Below, in pieces: positions 20,557-29,973 of a DNA stretch of 64,000 bases. Source of the stretch: Gemmatimonas sp. (GTDB taxonomy: Bacteria > Gemmatimonadota > Gemmatimonadetes > Gemmatimonadales > Gemmatimonadaceae); assembly GCA_031414535.1 (NCBI GenBank), contig JANNVQ010000002.1, positions 19,705-83,704 of the forward strand. The letters are read 5' to 3'. The notes below the pieces were generated by a model. The model saw only the letters and a program-made list of their open reading frames with translations. It ran no database searches and was not told where the DNA came from. Within the stretch, counting starts at the first letter, position 1, and every line of letters starts with the position of its first letter. Position numbers and translations under genes: made by a program.

Positions 20557-21810
20557 ATGCCTCGTAAACTTTCCCGCCGCGAGATGATTGCGGGCACGGC
20601 GACGGCCCTTGGTGCCGCTGCCGTGGGTGGCCCCATCGCATCGGCGACTCCGGCGATTGAACCGCCGCGGCCGCAAGACGCGATCGTTCCAATTGATGCG
20701 ACCAAGCTGCAGGGCTTACCCACGAGCCCGCTCGGTGCGCGTTCGCCTTTCGTCAAGCCCGTGCGCGGACCGCAGACGGGCATGACGGTGGGTTCTTCGC
20801 TGACTCCGCTCCAGGATCTCACGGGGCCCATCACGCCGAGTGACTTACACTTCGAGCGGCATCACGCGGGCATTCCGGTGATTGATCCGGCTCGGCATCG
20901 CTTGATGATTCACGGCTTGGTGGGGCGTGAGGTGACGCTCACGCTCGATGACATCAAGCGATTCCCGCAGGTCACGCGCACCTACTTCATTGAATGCTCA
21001 GGTAACGGACGGAGCGCGTTTCGCGATCCCAAGCCGGACATGACGGCACAAAAGATTGCGGGTATGGTCTCCACGTCCGAGTGGACCGGTGTGCCACTCG
21101 CCACCTTGTTCCGCGAGTTCGGTGCGAAGCCGGAAGCCAGCTGGTTTCTCGCCGAAGGCGGTGATGCGTGTTTGATGGCGCGCTCGGTACCGATGACGAA
21201 GGCTTGGGATGATGCGCTCATCGTTTGGGCGCAAAACGGCGAGCCGTTGCGTCCTGCGCAGGGCTATCCGCTGCGCCTCGTGCTACCCGGTTGGGAAGGC
21301 AACATCAACGTGAAGTGGCTGCGTCGCCTTGAGCTCGGCACCCGTCCTTGGCGTACGCGTTGGGAGACGGCCAAGTACACGGACCCCGTACCAGGCAACA
21401 AAGCGCGCGAGTTCACCTTCGAGAACGACGTGAAGTCCATCATCACCGGTCCGTCACATCCGGCCAAGCTCGACGCGCGCGGTTGGCACCCGGTGCACGG
21501 TCTCGCGTGGAGTGGGCGTGGGAGTGTCACGCGCGTCGAAGTGAGCAGCGATAACGGACGCTCGTGGCACGACGCGGAGTTGATGGGACCGGCCTTGCCG
21601 AAGGCGGCCGTACGCTTCCAGCACATGCTTGAATGGAAGGGTGATGAGCATGTGCTCCTGTCGCGCGCCACTGATGAGGCGGGATTCGTGCAGCCAACAC
21701 GCGCGGCGCTCCTCAGCGCCCGCGGATCGGGCACCGATTACCACTTCAATCAGATTGTCGGCTGGAAGCTCGCGCGCGATGGCAGTGTCACCTTCCACGG
21801 AGAGACCTGA
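20557..21810 (+). CDS. soxC: Sulfite/sulfane dehydrogenase molybdopterin subunit SoxC
   Basis: Tat leader SRREMI; TPLQDL.G.ITP..LHFERHHAG, FIECSGN, QGYPLRL..PGWEG..NVKWLRR. Confidence 0.88.
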   Translation: MPRKLSRREMIAGTATALGAAAVGGPIASATPAIEPPRPQDAIVPIDATKLQGLPTSPLGARSPFVKPVRGPQTGMTVGSSLTPLQDLTGPITPSDLHFERHHAGIPVIDPARHRLMIHGLVGREVTLTLDDIKRFPQVTRTYFIECSGNGRSAFRDPKPDMTAQKIAGMVSTSEWTGVPLATLFREFGAKPEASWFLAEGGDACLMARSVPMTKAWDDALIVWAQNGEPLRPAQGYPLRLVLPGWEGNINVKWLRRLELGTRPWRTRWETAKYTDPVPGNKAREFTFENDVKSIITGPSHPAKLDARGWHPVHGLAWSGRGSVTRVEVSSDNGRSWHDAELMGPALPKAAVRFQHMLEWKGDEHVLLSRATDEAGFVQPTRAALLSARGSGTDYHFNQIVGWKLARDGSVTFHGET

Positions 21811-22421
21811 TGCGCAGACTCTTTGTGATTGGGGTGGTACTCGCTGGCGGCGCGTGTGGGGTGAAGGACGCACCGCCGTCGGCTGCTGCCGAGCCCTCGG
21901 CGTACGCCAAGCCCGCGGAGTTCAAGAGCGGGCACTTTGCGATTGGCAGCGCCGCGACTCCGGTGCAGGTCGCGGCTTGGAACACGGACATTGGACCTGA
22001 GGGTGCGGAACTCCCAACGGGACGCGGCTCCGTACGCGATGGCGAAGTACTCTACCGCGCCCAGTGCGCGGCTTGTCACGGTGCCGATGGACAGGGACTC
22101 GACCCGCTGTACCCGGCGCTCATTGGGCGACCGAGTGCGGGCGAGTCGTTTGACTTCGCCGCCGATCCCAAAGTGCCTCGCACGATTGGCAATTACTGGG
22201 CTCACGCTACGACGCTGTACGACTACATCCGCCGCGCGATGCCGTTCTACACGCCAGGTACGCTCAGCGCCGACGAGACGTACGCCGTCACCGCCTATCT
22301 CTTGGCGGCCAACAAGATCATTCCTGACACTGCCTCACTTGACGCCGCAGCACTACGCGCCGTGGTCATGCCTGCGCGCGAGCGCTTCGTGGCAGACGAC
22401 CGTTCACCCTCACGCCCCTAA
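21810..22421 (+). CDS. soxD: Monoheme cytochrome c, SoxD-like
   Basis: CAACH; TIGNYW..ATTLYDYIRRAMP; coupled to soxC. Confidence 0.8.
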   Translation: MRRLFVIGVVLAGGACGVKDAPPSAAAEPSAYAKPAEFKSGHFAIGSAATPVQVAAWNTDIGPEGAELPTGRGSVRDGEVLYRAQCAACHGADGQGLDPLYPALIGRPSAGESFDFAADPKVPRTIGNYWAHATTLYDYIRRAMPFYTPGTLSADETYAVTAYLLAANKIIPDTASLDAAALRAVVMPARERFVADDRSPSRP

Positions 22422-22424
22422 CAT

Positions 22425-22949
22425 ATGAGCACCGCAACGCTTCCCAAGACGGGAATGCCCAACTGGGCATCACTCGGCATTATCTTCGGCCTCGTCGGCA
22501 CGGCGAGCATCGTACTCTTTGGCCCCATCGGTGTTTCGGGTACATATCCGCGTCTCATCGGGGAGGCGGCACGAGTGCTCGATCCGGCGTACGCGGCATC
22601 GAATCCCTACCTCGTGCGCATGGGTGGCCTGCTGCGCCCGGAAACCTTCCTTGTCATTGGCCTAGTGATCGGCGGATTCCTCGGGGCGACTCGCGATACC
22701 GTGCGCGCGGCCAAGATTGAACTGCCGCACGTCGGTGCGAGCTCCAATGCACGCCGCTACACCGAAGCCTTCCTCGCGGGATTCCTCATCCTGTTTGGCG
22801 CGCGCCTCGCGGGTGGTTGCACCAGCGGTCTCATTATCTCTGGGATGCAGCAGTTGAGCATTGCCGGCTTCGTCTTCGCCGGCGGCGTGTTCGCCACCGG
22901 CATTGGCACCGCCAAGTTCATGCAGGCCATTCGCGTGGGAGGGAAGTAA
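22425..22949 (+). CDS. YeeE/YedE sulfur-compound transporter subunit
   Basis: GARLAGGCTSG motif, ~4 TM helices. Confidence 0.85.
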   Translation: MSTATLPKTGMPNWASLGIIFGLVGTASIVLFGPIGVSGTYPRLIGEAARVLDPAYAASNPYLVRMGGLLRPETFLVIGLVIGGFLGATRDTVRAAKIELPHVGASSNARRYTEAFLAGFLILFGARLAGGCTSGLIISGMQQLSIAGFVFAGGVFATGIGTAKFMQAIRVGGK

Positions 22950-22951
22950 TC

Positions 22952-23488
22952 ATGGCCAATTTCTATGGACTACTCGTCGGCATCGCGATGGGCTTCTTAA
23001 TTCAGCGCGTGCGTGCGTCGAGCCCGGTGGTCATCCTGCAGAATCTTCGCCTCGAGAACCTCGGCATCATCAAGTTCATGGCGACCACGATCGCGGTAGG
23101 CATGATCGCGGTGTACACCTTGAACGTGTTCGTGCCGCAGGCCCTGCATTTCGACATCAAGCCAACGTATCTCGTGGGCGTTCTACTCGGTGGCTTGATT
23201 TTCGGTGTCGGCTTTGGATTGGGTGGCTATTGCCCCGGTACCTGCATGGTTGGCATTGGTGAGGGCCGCAAGGACGCCTGGTTCGCGATGGGCGGCGGCG
23301 TGGTGGGCGCGTTGGTCTTCACGCTCGTCTACACCGCGGCCATCAAGCCGATTGTCGAACTGATGGATTACGGCAAGATCACTGTGCAGGATCTCGTACA
23401 TCTTCCAGCCATCGTGCCTGCGCTGGTGATTGGCACGATGTTCCTCGTGGTGGTGAAGGTGCTGCCCACACAGGTGAAGCGCGCGTGA
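22952..23488 (+). CDS. YeeE/YedE sulfur-compound transporter subunit
   Basis: FGVGFGLGGYCPGT motif; GGAGG RBS before ATG 22952. Confidence 0.85.
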   Translation: MANFYGLLVGIAMGFLIQRVRASSPVVILQNLRLENLGIIKFMATTIAVGMIAVYTLNVFVPQALHFDIKPTYLVGVLLGGLIFGVGFGLGGYCPGTCMVGIGEGRKDAWFAMGGGVVGALVFTLVYTAAIKPIVELMDYGKITVQDLVHLPAIVPALVIGTMFLVVVKVLPTQVKRA

Positions 23489-23844
23489 GCGCCCGTCGTG
23501 CGATTGCCGTCCGTCGCGCCACGCCGGCGCTCCTTGAGCGTGTGGCGGCGCGGTTTCGCGCCCTCGCTGAACCGGCGCGCCTTGCCATCCTCCACGCGCT
23601 GGAGGATGGCGAGCGCACGGTGACGGAGCTGGTCGAGGCGACGGGGCTGGCGCAAGGCAACTTGAGCAAGCATCTCCAGCAACTCTACGCCGCGGGCTTC
23701 GTGACGCGCCGGCGCGAGGGTCTGTTCGTGCTGTATGCGCTGGCCGATGAAGGCGTGCTCAAACTCTGTGTGTTGATGTGCGACCGACTCGACGAGAACG
23801 TGGAGACGGAGCGCGGCGTGCTGGCGTCGGCACGTAGACGATAG
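23485..23844 (+). CDS. ArsR/SmtB-family repressor
   Basis: FRALAEPARL.IL, QGNLSKHL, RREG..V.Y; C-terminal CxxxC. Confidence 0.88.
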   Translation: MSARRAIAVRRATPALLERVAARFRALAEPARLAILHALEDGERTVTELVEATGLAQGNLSKHLQQLYAAGFVTRRREGLFVLYALADEGVLKLCVLMCDRLDENVETERGVLASARRR

Positions 23845-23890
23845 AACCCTGCGGCGCCGTGCAGCTGCGGGGAGTGCGTCAGTCGCCCCG

Positions 23891-24454
23891 TTAGCGGGGG
23901 GGAATCTGCCCCTGAATGCTTCCTGCTGGCACCGGGGTAGTGATACCGCGTTCGCAACGAAACGCGAGTTCGCGAGCGAGTGCGTACAGCTTCGGGCCGT
24001 CGAGAGAGTCGAGCGGACTCGTCGCGGGAGCTGACGCGCCAATCAGCGCGGCGGGAGCACTCACGGCCCGTTGGCCGTCCTGCGTGGCGCCCCCGTTCAG
24101 AAAGCGCACCCGCACATTCTCCTGCCAACGGCCTTCTTCCTTCGGGCGAGCGCCGAGTATGGTGACTTCCCGCGGGTGGTAGCCGGACTCGATCTCCATG
24201 ACGAGTGAGCGCCCTGAGTTCACAAGCGTCACGGCCCAAATCACCGGATTGAAATCGCCCGTGCGTGTGGCGAAACGCCCTTGGGGCTGGTTCTGAATCT
24301 GGAGCGACTCCTGCGCACGGCGGCGGGTGCAGGCGATGGGTTCGTCCTCGGCGGGCTCGAGCAAGGCCGGCGAAATGTCTACCATACGCCGTGCGCCGCT
24401 CTGTGCCCCGACGGACGCGGGGAGCGCCATCGAGAGCACAATTGCGAGCATCAT
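23891..24454 (-). CDS. Secreted hypothetical protein
   Basis: Signal peptide; occupies the gap between two + strand genes. Confidence 0.5.
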   Translation of the reverse strand: MMLAIVLSMALPASVGAQSGARRMVDISPALLEPAEDEPIACTRRRAQESLQIQNQPQGRFATRTGDFNPVIWAVTLVNSGRSLVMEIESGYHPREVTILGARPKEEGRWQENVRVRFLNGGATQDGQRAVSAPAALIGASAPATSPLDSLDGPKLYALARELAFRCERGITTPVPAGSIQGQIPPR

Positions 24455-24558
24455 TCGAGTGTAACGAAGACTCAGATTGCCGCCGCGCGAAGGTCTACGT
24501 GAGCATACCCCGTTGTGGTGCCGATTGCCATGCGGCCCGCGCGTTGTGATTTTCCTCT

Positions 24559-25506
24559 ATGGATCCAATTACACACACCATGACCGGCGCGGTGCTGTCC
24601 CGCGTGGGTGGCGATCGTAAGACGCCACTGGCGACGGCCACCCTGATTTTCGCGGCCAATGCGCCAGACATCGACATCTATACTGTTTGGACCGAGACGA
24701 GTTTCGGCAGCATCGCGTTCCGACGTGGCTGGACGCACGGACCGTACTTCCTGGCCGCGTTGCCGCTGCTCATCACGCTGCTGGTGTTGGCTTGGGACCG
24801 CTTCGTGCGACGCCGGAGACATCCGAGTCTGCCTCCCGTGCACGCTGGATGGACTTTTGCACTCGCGCTCATCGGCACGCTGAGTCATCCTGCACTCGAC
24901 TGGCTGAATACCTACGGCGTGCGCTTCTTGATGCCGTTCTCTGAGCGGTGGTTCGCGGGCGATTCGGTGTTCATCATTGATCCAATCTGGTGGCTGCTGT
25001 TGGCCACGACGCTGGTGCTGGCCAAGAAGGGCCGCTCGCTCGGTACGGTACGTGGGGCGGCGGCCGTTGCCGCCGCGTATCCGCTCTTGCTCATCGCTTT
25101 GTCACGCGCCGGCGATGCGATGGCAGTCGCGGAAGCGGAACGCGTCGGACTTAGCGGTGTTCGCGAGGTGATGTACCAACCCCGACCAGCCAATCCGTTT
25201 GCGGCAGAGCTGATTGCGGTGACGGGTGAGGCGTATCACATGGGCTCGCTCGCGTGGTTGCGCAGCGAGCGGGTGCGCTTTGGCGACACAAGCATTGCCC
25301 GCGGCGATTGGTCGGACGCGCGAGTCCGCCGCGCCATGCAGGACCCCGACGCGCGCGACTTCCTCGTGTGGGCGCGCTACGCCTGGGTCAGAATAGACAC
25401 GACCGCCACGGGCGCACCCGTGGCGGTCGTGTTTGGCGATGCGCGTTTCCCGGAGGGAGGGCTCGCCGGGGGACTTGGGGGTCTCCGAGTCCCGATTACT
25501 CCATGA
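24559..25506 (+). CDS. Membrane metal-dependent hydrolase (YdjM-like)
   Basis: MDPITH, NAPDID, RRGWTH, SHPALDWLNTYG, FIIDP motifs. Confidence 0.85.
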   Translation: MDPITHTMTGAVLSRVGGDRKTPLATATLIFAANAPDIDIYTVWTETSFGSIAFRRGWTHGPYFLAALPLLITLLVLAWDRFVRRRRHPSLPPVHAGWTFALALIGTLSHPALDWLNTYGVRFLMPFSERWFAGDSVFIIDPIWWLLLATTLVLAKKGRSLGTVRGAAAVAAAYPLLLIALSRAGDAMAVAEAERVGLSGVREVMYQPRPANPFAAELIAVTGEAYHMGSLAWLRSERVRFGDTSIARGDWSDARVRRAMQDPDARDFLVWARYAWVRIDTTATGAPVAVVFGDARFPEGGLAGGLGGLRVPITP

Positions 25507-25999
25507 CGATGTTGCCGTCGGCCTGACGCATCAGGGTCTTGCTGACGGTGCGGCCGTCCTTGAAGCGGGTTTCGATGGTGACGGCATCTTCACCGATGCG
25601 ATTCGTGATGGTCGTCGTGGAGAGGGTTACGCCCTCCTTCACTTCGTCAATCACCAGCGTCTTGCGCTCGGTCGTGGTCGTGCCGGTCTGGACCAGCGCG
25701 GTGCCGTCGGGGCGCAGGGTGCGGGCCGACGCTACGGGGTTCGTGCCAGTCCAGAACTCAACCGAATTCGCGAAGATCGCATCCGCAGCGCCGGCAAACC
25801 AATACACCGGAACGATGTTCAAGCCGAGGAAGACGAGTTCCTGGACGAACTTGTCCGGGGACACGGCCTTGTTCCACGCGTACACCTTGCGCGTCAGTTG
25901 GAACGACCCGAAGCATGCGGAGGAGCTGAGGAGCCCGAAGGTGGCAACCGACAGAATAGCGGCACGACGGAGAGACATACGCATGCGAGCGAACTCCAT
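25496..25999 (-). CDS. DUF3332-like protein
   Basis: CFGSFQLTRKVY.WN...D.IFANSVEFWTG.NP; start uncertain. Confidence 0.75.
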   Translation of the reverse strand: MEFARMRMSLRRAAILSVATFGLLSSSACFGSFQLTRKVYAWNKAVSPDKFVQELVFLGLNIVPVYWFAGAADAIFANSVEFWTGTNPVASARTLRPDGTALVQTGTTTTERKTLVIDEVKEGVTLSTTTITNRIGEDAVTIETRFKDGRTVSKTLMRQADGNIVME

Positions 26000-26132
26000 T
26001 ATGAATGGTCTGTGGAAGGGGGTAATGTGAACCCGGCATAACCTAACCTCTGCCAGTCGACTCGCCAGCGGCCCGGGCCGCTACCTCCCCACTGGTGCGG
26101 GCGCCGCTCAATCCGTAACGTCCAACCACAGC

Positions 26133-28517
26133 GTGAGCACGCCTCGTCCTGGAATCCCCGCTGCGCTCTCCGAGCGCTACGAGCCGCGCCGAGAAATTGG
26201 TGCAGGCGGCATGGCCGTCGTCTACGACGCCTGGGACGTACGACAGAAGCGCAGTGTCGCCGTCAAACTCATTCGCCCCGAACTCGTCAGTCAGGCCCTC
26301 TCGGAGCGCTTTGAGCGCGAAGTCGCCATCGCCGCCCAGTTGGTGCACCCGCACATCGTGCCAGTCTTCGACGCTGGCAAAGAGGGCGACACCCTCTACT
26401 TCGTGATGCCCCTGCTGACCGGTGGCACGCTGCGTGACCGTCTGGTGAAGTACGGCCCACTGCCCGCGTCTGAGGTGCGGCGACTCGCAGAACAGCTGGC
26501 CTCGGCGCTTCACTTTGCGCACCAGCGCGACTGCATCCATCGCGATGTGAAGCCGGAGAACATCCTGATGTCCGAGGGTGCTGCGATGTTGGCCGACTTC
26601 GGTATCGCGCGCAGCGACGATATCGCAGCTGGGCTGTCCACCACCGGTGGATTCCTCGGATCGCCCACGTACGCGAGTCCGGAGCAACTGCTTGCCACGG
26701 GGCCTGTGGGGACGTCCAGCGACCAGTACTCCTTGGCTTGTGTGCTGTTCGAGGCGCTGGCGGGACGCGCACCGTTTATTGGGCGGAGCGTCGGGGACGT
26801 AGTGGTGGCGCACACCACGGAGGCCGCGCCGCTCCTGAGTACAATCCGTCAGGACGTCCCACCCGCGATGGTTTCTGCCATTGCGCGCGCGCTCTCCAAG
26901 CGACCTGAAGATCGTTTTGCCACCATGGCGGAGTTCGGCGAGGCCTTTTCGGCGAGTTCGGCGGATACCTTCGTCGCGCGTGGATCGGGATGGACTGGCC
27001 GTCGCGTTGCGGGGGTTGCCCTTGGTCTCGCTGCTGCAGCGGGGATCTATTTCAGTGGCCTCCTTACTCCGGGCAAGAGAGAAAGCGGACCGCGGAGTAT
27101 CGCTGTGCTCCCATGCAAGAACGCCAGTGGCGATTCGCAGCAGGAGTTTTTCAGCGATGGCGTGACCGAGCACCTGATTGGGCAGCTCGCTACGCTGCCA
27201 GAGGTGCGGGTGATCAATATGATTACCGCGCTACAGTACAAGGGCACCACCAAGTCGGTGGAAGTGATTGGCCGTGAGCTCGAGGCGGACCTCTTAGTGT
27301 ATTGCTCGGCCAATCGGCAGCCGGACGGCGTACTCATTGCGGCGCAGTTAGTGGACGTGAAGACAGGTGACGTGTTGTGGACGCGCGAGCACCTGGATGA
27401 ATCGCAAGTGAGTCTCAAGTCCTACATGAACGCGTCGCTGAGCATGGTTGAGGCCCTGCGTGTAACGCTGAGCGCAGAGGGGCGTCGTCGCATCATGACC
27501 CCGGCCACGGAGAACGACAGTGCTCATTCACTCTGGATGCGCGGAAAGCGGGAGTGGAACCGCGGTACCTACGAGGGGCTCGTTCAGTCGCGTCGGTACT
27601 TTACGCTCGCCCTCGAGCTGGATTCCGCGTACGCGCCGGCCTGGGTGGGTCTCGCGGATGCGCATCTGTCGTTCGTCGGCCGCTGGATGCAACCAGGACC
27701 GCCCAACTACGCTGCCGCAGAGATGGCGGCCAGCAGAGCAATCACGAAAGACCCAGAGCTGGGTGAGGCATTGGCGGCCCGTGGTCGGGTGCGTCACCGA
27801 GCCCAGTGGGACTTCAAGTCGGCACGCGAGGACTACAACGCCGCCCGCCTGGTGAGCGAGAGCTCGTGGCAGCCATGGCTCGATCATGCCAAGCTGTTGT
27901 CCGTGCAAGGGCGCCATGAAGAGGCCATTAAGTTCGCGCGCCGCGCGCAGCAACTCGATCCGATGAACGCGATTAACGTGCTCGGACTTGCGGAGATTCT
28001 CTACTTCGCGCGGCGCTACGACGATGCGCTGAAGGAAACCGACCGAGCCATCGAACTCGAGCGCACGTTTGCGTTCAATCATCTCTGGCGTGCGATGATT
28101 CTCATCGGCATGGCGAGGCCTGAAGACGCCGTGATATCCGCGCGTGAGGTGGTTCGCCTGACAGGGGGCCACCCGGGCGCGCTTGCCATTCTGGCGCGCG
28201 CCGAGGCGGAGTCGGGGCGGCCTGAGGTCGCACGCACCATCCTTGGCCAGATGGAGCAGGCTCCCGCTGACCTTTACGTGCCCGCTACGCTCGTGGCTGT
28301 CGTGTACATGGGCCTGAACGACACCGATCGCGCGGTGGCCGCCCTCACGCGCGCCGTCGAGACCCGCGATTGGTTCATTACCGAGCTGGCCGTGCACCCA
28401 CTCGCCGACAAGGTGCGCGATGATCCCCGCGTCCAAGCCCTCCTCGTGCGGATGGGCCTCGACGACGTGCCTCGACCCGCACGGACGCCCCGCGTGGCCA
28501 CGCCGATAGAGAACTAG
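26133..28517 (+). CDS. Hanks-type Ser/Thr kinase with TM, TolB-like and TPR regions
   Basis: GAGGM, VAVK, HRDVKPEN, DFG, YASPEQ; SIAVLP domain; TPR-like helices. Confidence 0.9.
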   Translation: MSTPRPGIPAALSERYEPRREIGAGGMAVVYDAWDVRQKRSVAVKLIRPELVSQALSERFEREVAIAAQLVHPHIVPVFDAGKEGDTLYFVMPLLTGGTLRDRLVKYGPLPASEVRRLAEQLASALHFAHQRDCIHRDVKPENILMSEGAAMLADFGIARSDDIAAGLSTTGGFLGSPTYASPEQLLATGPVGTSSDQYSLACVLFEALAGRAPFIGRSVGDVVVAHTTEAAPLLSTIRQDVPPAMVSAIARALSKRPEDRFATMAEFGEAFSASSADTFVARGSGWTGRRVAGVALGLAAAAGIYFSGLLTPGKRESGPRSIAVLPCKNASGDSQQEFFSDGVTEHLIGQLATLPEVRVINMITALQYKGTTKSVEVIGRELEADLLVYCSANRQPDGVLIAAQLVDVKTGDVLWTREHLDESQVSLKSYMNASLSMVEALRVTLSAEGRRRIMTPATENDSAHSLWMRGKREWNRGTYEGLVQSRRYFTLALELDSAYAPAWVGLADAHLSFVGRWMQPGPPNYAAAEMAASRAITKDPELGEALAARGRVRHRAQWDFKSAREDYNAARLVSESSWQPWLDHAKLLSVQGRHEEAIKFARRAQQLDPMNAINVLGLAEILYFARRYDDALKETDRAIELERTFAFNHLWRAMILIGMARPEDAVISAREVVRLTGGHPGALAILARAEAESGRPEVARTILGQMEQAPADLYVPATLVAVVYMGLNDTDRAVAALTRAVETRDWFITELAVHPLADKVRDDPRVQALLVRMGLDDVPRPARTPRVATPIEN

Positions 28518-28520
28518 GCG

Positions 28521-29255
28521 CTAGTTTCGCGGCGCGCGGCGCTCCAAGAGCGCGACGCTGCCCAACATGACTGCAGTGCACCATCCGCCAACATGTAGCG
28601 CCAACCGCGCCGCCACCGTCCACGCGCGCGCATCAACGGCATCGCGCAGTTCGGCCACCACGAAGAGTGGTGGCAGACCAAAGCGGAGAAGTGACTGGAG
28701 CAGTGCCGGTACGCTCCCGGACAGCACCGGTGCAAACAGCGTCAGAACAACAACGAGCATCGCGAGCTCAGGCGCGTTCGGCGAGCCGCTGGCGCCAAGC
28801 CCGAACATCAGCACGCTCAAGACCACCATACTGGCGCCGAGCATCGCGATGAGCATAACCGAACTGCCGAGCGAGGGCTCGAGTCCGTAGAGGGGTGCGG
28901 CGGCAAGGAGCAGGGCAGTGAAGATCGTGATCGTGGCGACCAGTGGGAGCAGGTTGGCCCGCCATTTGGCAAACGCCCAGTCTGCCGGCGAGAGGCCTTT
29001 GTGCTGCAGCCAGAACTCGAGCTCGTCAGATACGGCAGCATCGCGTGCAATCAGGAACGCCGCGACGAGGGTGCCGAACATGAGAATCGTTCGATGCGCG
29101 TCGCTCCAGGAGTCTCCGAGCCCGAGGCGATGGGTCGGCAGCACGAGCGCCAAGCCAAGCGCGGCCAGGATGGTGATTCCGCGTGTGCCGGGGGCGCCGT
29201 ATCGCCAGCGCGCGAGGTGCCAAGCGAAGGGGATGCGTGCGCTTGGCTCAGGCAT
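28521..29255 (-). CDS. Putative ABC-2-type permease (about 6 TM)
   Basis: Hydrophobic multi-TM protein overlapping the ATPase stop. Confidence 0.6.
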   Translation of the reverse strand: MPEPSARIPFAWHLARWRYGAPGTRGITILAALGLALVLPTHRLGLGDSWSDAHRTILMFGTLVAAFLIARDAAVSDELEFWLQHKGLSPADWAFAKWRANLLPLVATITIFTALLLAAAPLYGLEPSLGSSVMLIAMLGASMVVLSVLMFGLGASGSPNAPELAMLVVVLTLFAPVLSGSVPALLQSLLRFGLPPLFVVAELRDAVDARAWTVAARLALHVGGWCTAVMLGSVALLERRAPRN

Positions 29256-29973
29256 GGATCACGCGCTCCGTGGAGAGAAAGCGCGCCTCGAGCGACTGTC
29301 CGTCAGACGAGAGTTCAGCGGCCGAGTGGTCGCCCACAAGCCACCCCTCCTTCAGGAAGAGCACGCGTGAGGCGAGTCGCTGCAGCTCGTCGAGATGATG
29401 AGACGACACGACGATGCAGCGGCCAGGGCGCTGTGCCGCGATGATGCCGTGACGGAGCTGTGTCATCGCGATGGGGTCGAGTCCGTTCGTCGGTTCATCG
29501 AAGAGAATGAGATCGGGATCCCCGATCAGGGCGGCGACGACTTCCACACGCCGCGATTGCCCCAATGACAGAGTGTTGAGGCGTCGGTCCGCTAGTCGCT
29601 CGAGGTCGAATGCCGAGGCGAGATCGCGCTCGCACTCTGTCATAGCCGGATTCCCGCAGACCTGACGCAGGCCATCCAAGAACTGCGCCACGCTGAGGTA
29701 GGCCGGGAATCGTGGTTGCGCCGGAATGAACCCAAGCGGCACCGACTGGCGATAGCGCCGCGCCTCAACACCCCCGATGCTCACCGAGCCGGATGTGGGC
29801 ACCTGCGCTCCGGCAACACATCGCAGGAGCGTGGTCTTTCCAGCCCCGTTCGCACCGACTAAGCCGACGATGCCGCCGCGGAGCGTGACACTGATGCCGT
29901 CGAGCGCGACGAGCTTGCCTCCACCGAAGGCGACGCGAAGATCCTGCAGGACAACAATGGATGATTCACTCAT
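29248..29973 (-). CDS. ABC transporter ATP-binding protein
   Basis: GANGAGKT, LSLGQ, DEPTNGLD, SSH. Confidence 0.92.
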   Translation of the reverse strand: MSESSIVVLQDLRVAFGGGKLVALDGISVTLRGGIVGLVGANGAGKTTLLRCVAGAQVPTSGSVSIGGVEARRYRQSVPLGFIPAQPRFPAYLSVAQFLDGLRQVCGNPAMTECERDLASAFDLERLADRRLNTLSLGQSRRVEVVAALIGDPDLILFDEPTNGLDPIAMTQLRHGIIAAQRPGRCIVVSSHHLDELQRLASRVLFLKEGWLVGDHSAAELSSDGQSLEARFLSTERVIHA

